NCBI GenBank assembly: GCA_965116885.1
Contig: OZ220741.1
Span: forward strand, 918,932 to 982,931
Direction: 5' to 3'
Origin: Candidatus Latescibacterota bacterium
Lineage (GTDB): Bacteria; Latescibacterota; UBA2968
DNA length: 64,000 bases
In this document: piece after piece, positions 28,803-38,885 of the stretch
Position numbering within the stretch: position 1 is the stretch's first letter
Layout: every line of letters begins with the position of its first letter
Position numbers and translations under genes: made by a program
Notes under the pieces: model-generated
The model's input: the letters and a program-made list of their open reading frames with translations, nothing else
Database searches by the model: none
Told to the model about the DNA's origin: nothing

Positions 28803-28807
28803 CCCCC

Positions 28808-29665
28808 ATGTCCTCCTCCATTCACCATCTCCTCATCTGGGCCAGAGACATCCTCATCAAAGCGGGTGTACCCAGCCCACAGGCAGATGCCGAATGGACG
28901 CTCGCCCATGTGCTCGAATGTCAGCGTTCAGAACTGCTTATGCGGGCGCGCCAGCCGCTCACACCTGAACAAAACGCGACCTATCGCAACTTGATACACC
29001 GCCGTGCCGATCGCATACCCCTGCAACACCTTTTGGGCAACACCGAATTTTACGGCCTCCCATTTCACACCTCGCCCGATGCCCTGATTCCCCGACCAGA
29101 AACAGAGACCCTCGTCGAAATTGTCCTCGACCAATTAAAAAACATCACAAAACTCCGTATCCTCGACATTGGCACCGGATCGGGAATCATCGCCATTACC
29201 CTGAGCAAAGCACTCACAGAATCGCATGTAATCGCCACAGACATATCGCGTAAAGCACTTTACCTCGCCAGCCAAAACGCCTGCCTCAACGGCGTTTCCG
29301 ACCGCATTTCCTTTTTGCAAGCCGACCTCCTCACACCCTTTGCACCGCCAGAGGGGTTCAATGCCATCCTCTCCAACCCCCCCTATATTCCCAGCCGTAC
29401 AATCGACGCGCTACAACCCGAAGTCCGCGCCTGTGATCCTCACCTCGCCTTAGACGGAGGCAGTGACGGCCTCGACTTCTATCGCAAAATTATTCCCACC
29501 AGTGTCCCTTTGCTCGCACCGGACGGATTATTGGGTTTGGAAATCGGCCACGACCAGGCCGATACCGTCACGCAACTCCTCGCGCGACAAAGTGGCCTCA
29601 CCCACATCTCTACCCACACCGACCTGAGTGGATATCCCCGCGCGGTACTGGCGCAAAGGCGATGA
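28808..29665 (+). CDS. prmC: release factor glutamine N5-methyltransferase (HemK/PrmC)
   Basis: NPPYIP motif and SAM-binding motifs DIGTGSG. Confidence 0.85.
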   Translation: MSSSIHHLLIWARDILIKAGVPSPQADAEWTLAHVLECQRSELLMRARQPLTPEQNATYRNLIHRRADRIPLQHLLGNTEFYGLPFHTSPDALIPRPETETLVEIVLDQLKNITKLRILDIGTGSGIIAITLSKALTESHVIATDISRKALYLASQNACLNGVSDRISFLQADLLTPFAPPEGFNAILSNPPYIPSRTIDALQPEVRACDPHLALDGGSDGLDFYRKIIPTSVPLLAPDGLLGLEIGHDQADTVTQLLARQSGLTHISTHTDLSGYPRAVLAQRR

Positions 29666-29666
29666 T

Positions 29667-29736
29667 GGGACGGCACGGGGGCCGTCCCCTACGATAATAT
29701 TGTTAATCCTGTAGGGGCGACCCCCTGTGGTCGCCC
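29667..29736. repeat. inverted pair of REP-like hairpin repeats (gggacggcacgggggccgtcccctacg 29667-29693; tgtaggggcgaccccctgtggtcgccc 29710-29736)
   Basis: Read directly from the sequence. It starts 2 nt after the prmC stop. Confidence 0.85.
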
Positions 29737-29832
29737 GCTAACCGCCAATTGCTAATCATTGACTTTTACGACCTTTTTTGTTAATTTCTCACGCCTCAAT
29801 ATTCGTTTGTCTCACCCCTTTATAAACGCGCC

Positions 29833-30801
29833 ATGTTAGACCAAATTTTCGCGCCCATCCAATATCAGATCGCACGCTTTGAAACCCGTCTCGAAGAAAT
29901 CATGACGGCCTCTGATGTCGGGGGAATACAAAAAATGGCCTATCACGTTGTTAAAAACAGGGGCAGGCGTTTTCGACCTGCTCTTGCATTCTTAACAGCG
30001 CAGGCCGTAGGCGAGTGTTCAGACGCGGTGATCGATGCTGCTGTAGGCGTTGAAATTATACAAACGGCATCGCTCATTCACGATGACGTAATCGACAACG
30101 CGGAAACGCGCCGGGGTGCCGACGTCTTACACTTCCAATGGGGCAACCGCGCAGCCATTTTGATGGGCGATTTTCTTTTTGCCAAATCAATGCAAGTGCT
30201 CGTTGGACTCAACTCCCTACCGGTCATGGACGCCACGACCCACGCGATACAGCGCGTCGTCGAAGGAGAAATTCTCGAGGGCGAAATATCTTCTTCGGGT
30301 GAAGCATCGCTCTATTTTCGCATGATTAATCAAAAAACGGCATCACTGCTCGCGCTGGCTTGCGAATTGGGTGCTATTTTGGGCAATGGATCGCCCAATC
30401 AGATCGCTCGCATGGCGTCTTTCGGCAGTGAAATCGGCGTCGCCTTCCAGATTACCGACGACGTCCTCGACCTGATGGGCAGTGCAAATAACATGGGCAA
30501 ACCCACGGGAAACGATCTTCGAGAAAAAAAATTGACCTTACCCTTAATTCGGGCACTGGCAAACTGCAAAAATGGCGAAGCTGCCCATATTCGCAGCAAA
30601 GTACTCAATGGCGTAGAAACCGACAGCGACTGGCGAGAAATCATGCGCTTTGTCCAGCGCTATCGGGGCGTAGAAGCCGCGCGAGAAGAAGCGCGTTCTT
30701 ATGCACAATCCGCTCTCAAAAATCTGAATGTTCTACACACCTCCAGCGCGCGCGACGCGCTTGCACTGGCGGTTCAACACGTAGTTGAACGAAACCAGTG
30801 A
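29833..30801 (+). CDS. polyprenyl diphosphate synthase (IspB/HepT-like trans-prenyltransferase)
   Basis: A first aspartate-rich motif LIHDDVIDNAETRRG and a second, ITDDVLDL. Confidence 0.8.
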   Translation: MLDQIFAPIQYQIARFETRLEEIMTASDVGGIQKMAYHVVKNRGRRFRPALAFLTAQAVGECSDAVIDAAVGVEIIQTASLIHDDVIDNAETRRGADVLHFQWGNRAAILMGDFLFAKSMQVLVGLNSLPVMDATTHAIQRVVEGEILEGEISSSGEASLYFRMINQKTASLLALACELGAILGNGSPNQIARMASFGSEIGVAFQITDDVLDLMGSANNMGKPTGNDLREKKLTLPLIRALANCKNGEAAHIRSKVLNGVETDSDWREIMRFVQRYRGVEAAREEARSYAQSALKNLNVLHTSSARDALALAVQHVVERNQ

Positions 30802-30830
30802 ATCACACCTAAACGGAGTAACTTTCTGCG

Positions 30831-33359
30831 ATGACCCGAGAATACTGGCGTTTGTTAATCATCTGTGCGACCATAGTGCTCGCACTTTTTTATCTCTATC
30901 CCACCTACCAATTTTACTACGCACCTCCGGAAAATTTAGACCAGCGAGAGCGCGTAAAACAGCAAGCCATCAACCTCGGATTAGACTTGCAAGGGGGTAT
31001 CCACCTCGTTCTCGAAGTGGATCAAACCAATCTCTCAGAAGATGAAAAAACAGACGTGGTTGCGCGCGCCCTCGAAATTATCCGCAATCGCATCGATCAA
31101 TTTGGCGTCTCTGAACCCATCATTCACCGCGAAGGCGACTGGCGTATCGTAGTCGAATTGCCGGGTGTGCAAGACATCGAACGCGCCAAGGGCCTGATCG
31201 GCAAAACCGCGCGTCTCGAATTCAAAATCCTCAAATCCGACGCCGACCGCGCTAGCATAATCGAAAAAATTGACCGACACCTTGCCGCGCAGGCACCTGT
31301 TGACAGCGCGAAAGCCGAAGACCCGCTCCTCGGGCAAATAGCCGAAGACACCCCATCTCTCTCTCGCTATATGCTATCTTCTCGGGGAGACTTCGTAGTA
31401 ACAGAAGACAATATACTGACCGTGCGAGAACTTCTGAATCGTCCAGACGTACAAAAACTCCTGCCACCCGACGCGCAATTCCTGTGGAATTCCAAAGACG
31501 AAGAAATGGGCGACGGACAACGCTATCGCGCACTCTACTATCTCAAAAGACGCGTAGAAATGACAGGCGAAATCCTCTCCGATGCCTCTGTTACAACCGG
31601 ACAATCCTTTGAAAACGCCGGTCAACCCATTGTCAACTTCACCACCACCAGCCAGGGCGTGCGCCTCTTTGGACGGGTCACGGGCGCCAACGTGGGCGAA
31701 CGCATGGCCATCATTCTCGATGATCAGGTCTATTCCGCGCCCACAATCCGCTCCAAAATCAACCAGGGCTCGGGCATTATTGAAGGCACTGGCACCGTTG
31801 ACGAAGCCAAAGACCTCGCCATTGTCTTGCGTGCAGGTGCGCTACCCGCCGACGTCAATATCGTCGAAGACCGCACGGTCGGACCTTCACTTGGACGCGA
31901 CTCCATAGAACAGGGCAGAAATGCAGCCCTCATCGGCCTCGTCATCGTCATCATTTTTATGGTCATCTACTACGGCTTTTCGGGTCTCGTCGCCGATCTT
32001 GCGCTCGTGCTCAACCTCGTCTTTGTCATGGCCATCCTCGCGGCATTTCAAGGCACGCTCACCCTGCCCGGCATAGCGGGTATTATTCTAACCATTGGTA
32101 TGGCAGTAGATGCCAACGTGCTGATTCTCGAACGCATCCGCGAGGAATTGCGCGCGGAAAAAACCCTGCGGGTAGCCATTGAAAATGGTTATGCGCGCGC
32201 CGTACAGACCATCGTCGATGCCAACGTAACCACCATCATCACCGCCATCGTGCTCTACCAATACGGCACCGGTCCCATCAAGGGCTTTGCACTCACCCTG
32301 ATGATCGGTATCATTTCCTCGATGTTCACCGCCATCTTTGTCACGCGCACCATTTACGACACCATTGTCTCGCGCCAGGTCAATCCCCGCCTCAGCATTG
32401 GCAGGCTGCGCGTATTTGGCGACACCAGCATCAACTTTCTCGGTGTTCGACGGGGTGCTTTCATCCTGTCCGCTGTTCTCATCCTGCTCGGCCTGGGATC
32501 CACCATCACCAAAGGCGGCTATAACCTGGGCATCGACTTTGCCGGCGGCACATTGCTCGAATTGCACTTTGATCCCCCAGCCTCCGTCGGCGACATCCGC
32601 CAGTCTCTGGGCGACGTCCGCGTTGAGGACCAGAGCATGGACTTGCGCAACAGCGAAATCAAAGAATTCGGCACGGTCAACGACATCCTCATTCGCGTTG
32701 AAGAAGAAGCCGAAGGCACAGCCATCGCAGACGCCATAAAAACCAGACTCAAATCCGATTTTGCCGGCAATATTCAAGATGAGACCGAGTGGTTGCGACG
32801 GCAGGAAGCCGTCGGACCCAAAATTGGCGAAGAACTCAAGACCAATGCCGTATATGCCATCCTCGTCTCAATGATACTCATTATCATTTACGTGTGGTGG
32901 CGTTTCAGGCAGATCGAATTTGGGATTGCAGCCGTCATTGCCCTTTTCCACGACGTCATGATCACTCTCGGGATCTTTTCAGTTCTAAATTGGGAGATCT
33001 CCCTGGCCATTGTGGCGGCCTTGCTCACCATTGTGGGGTACTCCCTCAACGATACAATCGTGGTCTATGACCGCATCCGCGAAGACATCAAATTGTATCG
33101 CCGCGACACCTTTAGCAGCGTAATCAACCGCGCCATCAACGAGTGTCTCAACCGCACAGTACTCACCTCGGGCACCACCATGCTGGTCGTCCTCTCCCTC
33201 ATCCTCCTGGGCGGAGAAGTAATCCGCGACTTTGCATTCGCCCTGCTCATCGGCGTCATCGTGGGAACCTACTCCTCGGCATTTGTCGCATCGCCCATCG
33301 TGGTCGAATGGCACAACCGCCGGGAGGCAAAAGCGAGACAGGGACGGAGTGCGGCGTAG
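30831..33359 (+). CDS. secDF: fused protein translocase subunit SecDF
   Basis: 842 aa with an N-terminal TM segment, a large periplasmic domain and 12 TM helices in two RND-like halves. Confidence 0.85.
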   Translation: MTREYWRLLIICATIVLALFYLYPTYQFYYAPPENLDQRERVKQQAINLGLDLQGGIHLVLEVDQTNLSEDEKTDVVARALEIIRNRIDQFGVSEPIIHREGDWRIVVELPGVQDIERAKGLIGKTARLEFKILKSDADRASIIEKIDRHLAAQAPVDSAKAEDPLLGQIAEDTPSLSRYMLSSRGDFVVTEDNILTVRELLNRPDVQKLLPPDAQFLWNSKDEEMGDGQRYRALYYLKRRVEMTGEILSDASVTTGQSFENAGQPIVNFTTTSQGVRLFGRVTGANVGERMAIILDDQVYSAPTIRSKINQGSGIIEGTGTVDEAKDLAIVLRAGALPADVNIVEDRTVGPSLGRDSIEQGRNAALIGLVIVIIFMVIYYGFSGLVADLALVLNLVFVMAILAAFQGTLTLPGIAGIILTIGMAVDANVLILERIREELRAEKTLRVAIENGYARAVQTIVDANVTTIITAIVLYQYGTGPIKGFALTLMIGIISSMFTAIFVTRTIYDTIVSRQVNPRLSIGRLRVFGDTSINFLGVRRGAFILSAVLILLGLGSTITKGGYNLGIDFAGGTLLELHFDPPASVGDIRQSLGDVRVEDQSMDLRNSEIKEFGTVNDILIRVEEEAEGTAIADAIKTRLKSDFAGNIQDETEWLRRQEAVGPKIGEELKTNAVYAILVSMILIIIYVWWRFRQIEFGIAAVIALFHDVMITLGIFSVLNWEISLAIVAALLTIVGYSLNDTIVVYDRIREDIKLYRRDTFSSVINRAINECLNRTVLTSGTTMLVVLSLILLGGEVIRDFAFALLIGVIVGTYSSAFVASPIVVEWHNRREAKARQGRSAA

Positions 33360-33380
33360 ATTGAGCTATATCAAAAAAAA

Positions 33381-33418
33381 AGCACCTGATCAATCTCATC
33401 AGATCAGGTGCTTTTTTT
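33381..33418 (+). terminator. rho-independent terminator after secDF (agcacctgatc...gatcaggtgct + T7)
   Basis: An 11-bp perfect stem followed by ttttttt. Confidence 0.7.
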
Positions 33419-33437
33419 ATCAGATGGGAATAACACA

Positions 33438-36017
33438 ATGGCAGCAAAAACACATCACCGCACCCCGAGATTTGCCTGCCTGAGCAGCATGCTCCTCCTG
33501 ATACTCATCTCCAGCGGACACGCGCTTGCACAATTCACCTATACCTGGAAGACCGATCAAACCTACGAAGGGACAGAATCGACCACCCTCGTACAACCCG
33601 TGCAGGTCATGTTCTTAGATGAGCCGATACAGGTCGTGCCACACAGTTCATCATTGCGCCTCATGCAAAAATATTCGGTATTACTCGGAACAGAATGGAA
33701 CGCAGAGCAGGCTTACCGCCTGCTCCAGACCTTTGAATCCGTCCCACAATTGAGTAACGACCCGTACAAAGAGACACTTGAAGTGCCATCTTCATTATGG
33801 CAATTGACAGACCAGCATATTCAAAATGACATAGAAATTCGCATCCAGGACGGACAGAAAATCGTCACCCTATCCCGGGAGGCTTTTACATACGCCGACC
33901 CATTGCTGGCTGAAATAGAGGGTGTGAGAGGCCGCTTCTTCTCCAAAAGACTCCATCAGGCCGTCGTTCGCTATGTAACCGACGATGGCAGAGACAGAGA
34001 TGCCCTGAAGCAGATATTAGAGAACCGCTACGGCGTAAGTATAGATGTACCGGACTATACTGAACTGACGCGAAGAACAACAAGGGAAGATGCAGGTCGG
34101 TTTGGAGAATTCAAAAACGAGGAATTGATGGCTCTTGTGAGTATGTTTGAAGAATTCCCACAAGGCATGCTCACGACGCCAGGGCTGCGATATCTGGTTC
34201 GGCGATTAGATGGAACACCCTCTCCAATTGTATCGGGTGCTGTTGCTTTAGCCTGGGTGACCGAAGGCTATATCGAATTTATGGAAGGCGCTTTTAAGAG
34301 AATAAATCTCGGCTACATCCACCGCCTGATTCTCCATGAAAAAGCGCACTTCTTATGGGAACATCTCTTTGACGACCAGCTCAAACAGGACTGGATTGAA
34401 CTCGGCGGCTGGTATGAAAACCCGGACGACAAAGATGGCTGGTCAACGACCAAACAGACCGAGTTCGTATCTGCTTATGCACACGGTGTGAATCCGAATG
34501 AGGATATGGCAGAAACGATCAGCTATTACATCGTGAACCCCGACAAGTTGCGCTCGCGTTCCCCTGCCAAATACGAATTTGTTCGAGACCGGATCATGCA
34601 CGGCACGCACTACATATCCCAGATACGCGAAGACCTGATGTTTCAGGTCTATAATCTATATCCCTATGTGGTATATCCCGGCCGGATCATACGGGTTGAC
34701 ATACGGGTTGAAGGCGAACCCGAAGAAGATAAGGATATAACAATAGAACTTGAGCTTCACCAGGAAAATGACTTTGATAATGCGCAGGCATCACGCCTGA
34801 GCATTCACAGCCCAAAAGGCACCTTTTTTTCTATCTGGCTTTATCCCGTAAGCGCCGATGGCCAACGCATCAATGCAAGTCACATTTTGAGAGGACAACG
34901 CACACTATCCAGGCACGCGGCGCATGGCTATTGGGGTCCAGATCGAATTACCCTGAGGGATGCCCAGGGCAATGAACGGCACGAATCTCAGATCGATTTC
35001 GGATGGAAGCTCTATGTCAACAATCCACTCGCAGATGATAAACCGCCGGAGTACATCAAAAATTCAATGCAACTCTCGTTGTCACAAAGGACAGCAGAAG
35101 GCAAGCCATATCAAATTCTCACCGCACGTTGGAAAATTTTTGAAGAAATCGGGATACCGGAACAGGGCGTCAAAGCTGAACTGAATGATATGAATGCCGA
35201 GACCTATTCCTTCTACACGAGGTGGGGTAATTATGACCCTCAGACCGGTGAAGCGCGTGTTCAACTTGCGATTCCGGATTACTTTCGGAGTGGCACATAC
35301 ACGCTTAATCATATCCTGATGTATGATATCGCGTTAAATCCACGGGGCGTGCACTTTACCGATCCAGGAAGAGGAATAAGAGACGAAGACATCATAATAG
35401 ATGAGGCACCTGCCACCATTGATGTCCAAACGACAAATCCGGATGACACCCCACCCGTACTCGCTTTGAATCAGATCACCATTCAGGCAGAACCGACCAA
35501 TATAGAAGCACCAAACGGCGAAACGCGGGTCGATATTACTTTTAAAGTCAAGGACAACATCAGTGGATATCTTGTGACAGACATGTATTTACGCGATCCC
35601 AACGGCGTGAGGCACCGCTTTAGACATTACGAACCGGATTATCGCAAAATCTATTTTACACGGGATCCCACTGTCTATGAAACCTACCATAAAGCGATCA
35701 CCTTGCCCGTTGGCAGTATTCCCGGAACGTGGGGACTTGCGGAAATAAAAATATGGGACAAAGCATATAACCTCCTTCGGACAAACTTCACTGACATCAT
35801 CCGCTTTGAGGTAGAAGAGACGCCCCTTGCCTCTGCCGACTTTGATGGCGATGGACAGGTCGATGTCGCAGACTTTCTGCTCTTTGTAGAAGTGTTTGGA
35901 ACCCAGAGCGGACAGGAAAACTTCGATCCAAAATACGACCTCAACAGCGATGGAATCATTGGCATTCCCGACTTCCTCATCTTTGTGGATTCCTTTGGCA
36001 AAACGGTCATTGGATAA
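33438..36017 (+). CDS. secreted putative zinc metallopeptidase-like protein (HExxH) with C-terminal dockerin-like Ca-binding repeat pair, paralog A
   Basis: Signal peptide MAAKTHHRTPRFACLSSMLLLILISSGHALA. Motif LILHEKAHFLWEHLF (HEKAH) with a possible third ligand NPNEDMAETI ~55 aa downstream. C-terminal DFDGDGQVDVADFLLFVEVFG...YDLNSDGIIGIPDFLIFVDSFG. Confidence 0.65.
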   Translation: MAAKTHHRTPRFACLSSMLLLILISSGHALAQFTYTWKTDQTYEGTESTTLVQPVQVMFLDEPIQVVPHSSSLRLMQKYSVLLGTEWNAEQAYRLLQTFESVPQLSNDPYKETLEVPSSLWQLTDQHIQNDIEIRIQDGQKIVTLSREAFTYADPLLAEIEGVRGRFFSKRLHQAVVRYVTDDGRDRDALKQILENRYGVSIDVPDYTELTRRTTREDAGRFGEFKNEELMALVSMFEEFPQGMLTTPGLRYLVRRLDGTPSPIVSGAVALAWVTEGYIEFMEGAFKRINLGYIHRLILHEKAHFLWEHLFDDQLKQDWIELGGWYENPDDKDGWSTTKQTEFVSAYAHGVNPNEDMAETISYYIVNPDKLRSRSPAKYEFVRDRIMHGTHYISQIREDLMFQVYNLYPYVVYPGRIIRVDIRVEGEPEEDKDITIELELHQENDFDNAQASRLSIHSPKGTFFSIWLYPVSADGQRINASHILRGQRTLSRHAAHGYWGPDRITLRDAQGNERHESQIDFGWKLYVNNPLADDKPPEYIKNSMQLSLSQRTAEGKPYQILTARWKIFEEIGIPEQGVKAELNDMNAETYSFYTRWGNYDPQTGEARVQLAIPDYFRSGTYTLNHILMYDIALNPRGVHFTDPGRGIRDEDIIIDEAPATIDVQTTNPDDTPPVLALNQITIQAEPTNIEAPNGETRVDITFKVKDNISGYLVTDMYLRDPNGVRHRFRHYEPDYRKIYFTRDPTVYETYHKAITLPVGSIPGTWGLAEIKIWDKAYNLLRTNFTDIIRFEVEETPLASADFDGDGQVDVADFLLFVEVFGTQSGQENFDPKYDLNSDGIIGIPDFLIFVDSFGKTVIG

Positions 36018-36042
36018 GCACGCGGACACAGATAAAAAAGAA

Positions 36043-36077
36043 GCACCAGGTCAGATATGTGATCCGGTGCTTTTTTT
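36043..36077 (+). terminator. rho-independent terminator after paralog A
   Basis: gcaccaggtcagatatgtgatccggtgc followed by ttttttt. Confidence 0.55.
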
Positions 36078-36136
36078 ATTCCGTCGATAAGGAAGCCAAT
36101 TAACCATTGACTCGCAAACTATAATTTTTATATTAG

Positions 36137-36177
36137 CACAAACGTTCACAACAAACGTTCACAACAAACGTTCACAC
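36137..36177 (+). promoter_or_regulatory. 3 tandem copies of a 13-bp unit (ACAAACGTTCACA) upstream of paralog B; candidate regulator binding array
   Basis: The sequence reads cacaaacgttcacaacaaacgttcacaacaaacgttcacac, and each unit contains the palindromic core AACGTT. Confidence 0.4.
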
Positions 36178-36217
36178 AGAAATTAGGCACAGTTCAACAC
36201 TTGAAAGGAGTAACACA

Positions 36218-38803
36218 TTGACAGCAAAAACACATCACCACATCTTGAGATTTGCGTTCCTCAGCAGCATGATCCTTCTGATAGCACTCATCTTCAGCGG
36301 ACATGCTCTTGCACAATATACCTATACCTGGAAAACCGACACAACCTACGAAGGGGTAGATCGGGCAACCCTCGTTCAACCCGTACAGGTCATGTTCTTA
36401 CACCAGCCGATACAGGTCGTGCCCCACAGCGCATCATTGCGTCTCATGCAACAGTATTCTGTTTTACTCGGCACCGAATGGAGTGATGGTCAGGCTTACC
36501 GACTGCTCCAGACCTTTGAATCCATCCCACAATTGAGTAACGACCCGTACAAAGAGACACTTGAAGTGCCATCTTCATTATGGCAATTGACAGACCAGCA
36601 TATTCAAAATGACGTAGAGATTCGCTTCCAGGATGGGCAGAAAATCGTCACCCTGTCCCGGGAGGCTTTTACCTATGCCGACCCATTGCTGGCTGAAATA
36701 GAGGGTGTGAGAGGCCGTTTCTTCTCCAAAAGACTCCACCATGCCGTTGTTCGCTATGTAACCGATGGTGGCAGGGATAGAGATGCGCTAAAGCAGATTT
36801 TAGAGAAACGGTATGGCATAAGCATAGATGTGCCGGACTATACCGAACTCACGCGAAGAACAACAAAAGAACATGCAGGTCGTTTTGGAGAATTCAAAAA
36901 CGAAGAATTGATAGCTCTTGTGAGTATGTTTGAAGAATACCCACAAGGCATGCTCAGCACACCAGGGTTGCAATATCTGGTTAGACGATTGGATGGAACA
37001 CCTCATCCAATTAACCCGTCTGCTCCTGCTATAGCCTGGGTGACCGAGGGCTATATTGAGTTCATGGAATCTGCTTTTAAGGGACAGGACCTCGACTACA
37101 TCCACCGCTTAATTCTCCATGAAAAAGCACATTTTTTCTGGGAACATCTCTTTGATGACCAACTCAAACAGGACTGGATTGAACTCGGCGGCTGGTATGA
37201 AAACCCGGACGACAAAGATGGCTGGTCAACGACCAAACAGACCGAGTTCGTATCTGCTTATGCACACGGTGTGAATCCGAATGAGGACATGGCAGAAACG
37301 ATCAGTTATTACATCGTGGATCCCGACAAGTTGCGCTCCCGTTCGCCTGCCAAATACGAATTTATTCGCGATCGGGTCATGCACGGCACGCGGTACATCT
37401 CTCGGATACGCGAAGACCTGACATTTCAGGTCTATAATCTGTATCCCGATGTCGTATATCCAGGACGGATCATACGGGTTGACATACAGGTTGAGGGAGA
37501 ACCGGAAGAGGATAAGGTAATAACAGTAGAGCTTGAACTTCACCGGGATAATAGCTTCGAAACAGCACAAACAACAAATATCCGGATCTTCAACTCCAAA
37601 GGTACCTTTTTTTACCTCAGGCTTTTTCCTGTAGATGCCAATGGACTGCGCGTCAATGAAAGTCACATTTTGCGAGGGCACTACGCACTATCAAAGCACG
37701 CAGCACATGGCTACTGGGGACCAGATCAAATTAGCCTCAAGGATGCCCAGGGCAATGAACGGCACGAATCCCAGGTCGATTTCGGATGGAAACTCTACGT
37801 CAACAATCCGCTTGCAGATGATACACCACCTGCTTACGTCAAAAATTCAATGCAACTCTCATTGTCACAGGGCACGGCAGAAGGCAGGCTCGTACAAATC
37901 CTCACCGCACGTTGGCGGCTTTTTGAAGAATTCGGTGTAAGAAAACTCTATGCACAACTAAACGATGCAAATGCTGAAACCTATTCTCGTCGCGCGCAGG
38001 AGTATGGAAATTATAATCCACAAACCGGTGAAGCAAGTGTCCAACTTAAAATTCCGGATTACTTCCAGAATGGCACATATATCGTTAACTATGTCAAGAT
38101 GCGTGATATGGCGTTAAATGCACAAGGCGTGTACTTTACCGATCCAGGACACGGGTTAAGGATTGAAGATGTCATAGCAGATGAATCACCTGCCACCATT
38201 GATGTTCAAACGACAAATCCGGATGACACTCTACCCGTGCTCGATCTAAATCAGATCACCATTCAGGCAGAGCCAATCAATCCAGAAGAACCAAATGGCG
38301 AAACAAAGGTCGATATTGCCTTTAGAATCAAGGACGACATCAGTGGATATAGTTCGACAGAAATATATTTACGCGACCCCAATGGTGTGAGACACTACTT
38401 TAGGCATCTCGATCCGGATTATTACAAAGTCTATTTTACACGCGATCCAGCTGTCTATGAAACCTACCATAAAACGATCATCTTGCCCGTTGGCAGCATC
38501 CCCGGAACGTGGGGAATCGCTGAAATGAAAGTATTCGATAAAGCATATAACCTCCTTCGTGCGAACTTCACTGAAATCATCCGCTTTGAGGTAACCGATA
38601 CGCCGCTTACTGCTATCTCTGCCGACTTTGATGGCAGTGGACAGGTCGATATCGCTGACTTTTTGTTTTTTGTCAATGTGTTTGGAACCCAGAGCGGACA
38701 GGAGAACTTCGATCCAAAATACGACCTCAACAGCGATGGAACAGTTGACATTACCGACTTCCTCATCTTCGTAGATTCCTTTGGCAAACCTGTCAGTGGA
38801 TAG
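36218..38803 (+). CDS. secreted putative zinc metallopeptidase-like protein (HExxH) with C-terminal dockerin-like repeat pair, paralog B
   Basis: TTG start after the RBS aaaggag. ~75% identical to paralog A. Motif LILHEKAHFFWEHLF. C-terminal ADFDGSGQVDIADFLFFVNVFG...YDLNSDGTVDITDFLIFVDSFG. Confidence 0.65.
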   Translation: MTAKTHHHILRFAFLSSMILLIALIFSGHALAQYTYTWKTDTTYEGVDRATLVQPVQVMFLHQPIQVVPHSASLRLMQQYSVLLGTEWSDGQAYRLLQTFESIPQLSNDPYKETLEVPSSLWQLTDQHIQNDVEIRFQDGQKIVTLSREAFTYADPLLAEIEGVRGRFFSKRLHHAVVRYVTDGGRDRDALKQILEKRYGISIDVPDYTELTRRTTKEHAGRFGEFKNEELIALVSMFEEYPQGMLSTPGLQYLVRRLDGTPHPINPSAPAIAWVTEGYIEFMESAFKGQDLDYIHRLILHEKAHFFWEHLFDDQLKQDWIELGGWYENPDDKDGWSTTKQTEFVSAYAHGVNPNEDMAETISYYIVDPDKLRSRSPAKYEFIRDRVMHGTRYISRIREDLTFQVYNLYPDVVYPGRIIRVDIQVEGEPEEDKVITVELELHRDNSFETAQTTNIRIFNSKGTFFYLRLFPVDANGLRVNESHILRGHYALSKHAAHGYWGPDQISLKDAQGNERHESQVDFGWKLYVNNPLADDTPPAYVKNSMQLSLSQGTAEGRLVQILTARWRLFEEFGVRKLYAQLNDANAETYSRRAQEYGNYNPQTGEASVQLKIPDYFQNGTYIVNYVKMRDMALNAQGVYFTDPGHGLRIEDVIADESPATIDVQTTNPDDTLPVLDLNQITIQAEPINPEEPNGETKVDIAFRIKDDISGYSSTEIYLRDPNGVRHYFRHLDPDYYKVYFTRDPAVYETYHKTIILPVGSIPGTWGIAEMKVFDKAYNLLRANFTEIIRFEVTDTPLTAISADFDGSGQVDIADFLFFVNVFGTQSGQENFDPKYDLNSDGTVDITDFLIFVDSFGKPVSG

Positions 38804-38828
38804 CTGTCGCGCGGTCAAACACCACAAA

Positions 38829-38862
38829 GCCCGTCAATCAATGAGCATTGACGGGCTTTTTT
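38829..38862 (+). terminator. rho-independent terminator (gcccgtcaat...attgacgggc + T6)
   Basis: A 10-bp perfect stem. Confidence 0.7.
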
Positions 38863-38885
38863 GTACTTAAAGATGTGATTTTTAC

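Noticed and set aside
33408-33437. Track ORF start at 33408 for zincin-like paralog A
   Set aside because: It would begin inside the secDF terminator hairpin. The ATG at 33438 aligns with the TTG start of paralog B (MAAKTHH versus MTAKTHH).
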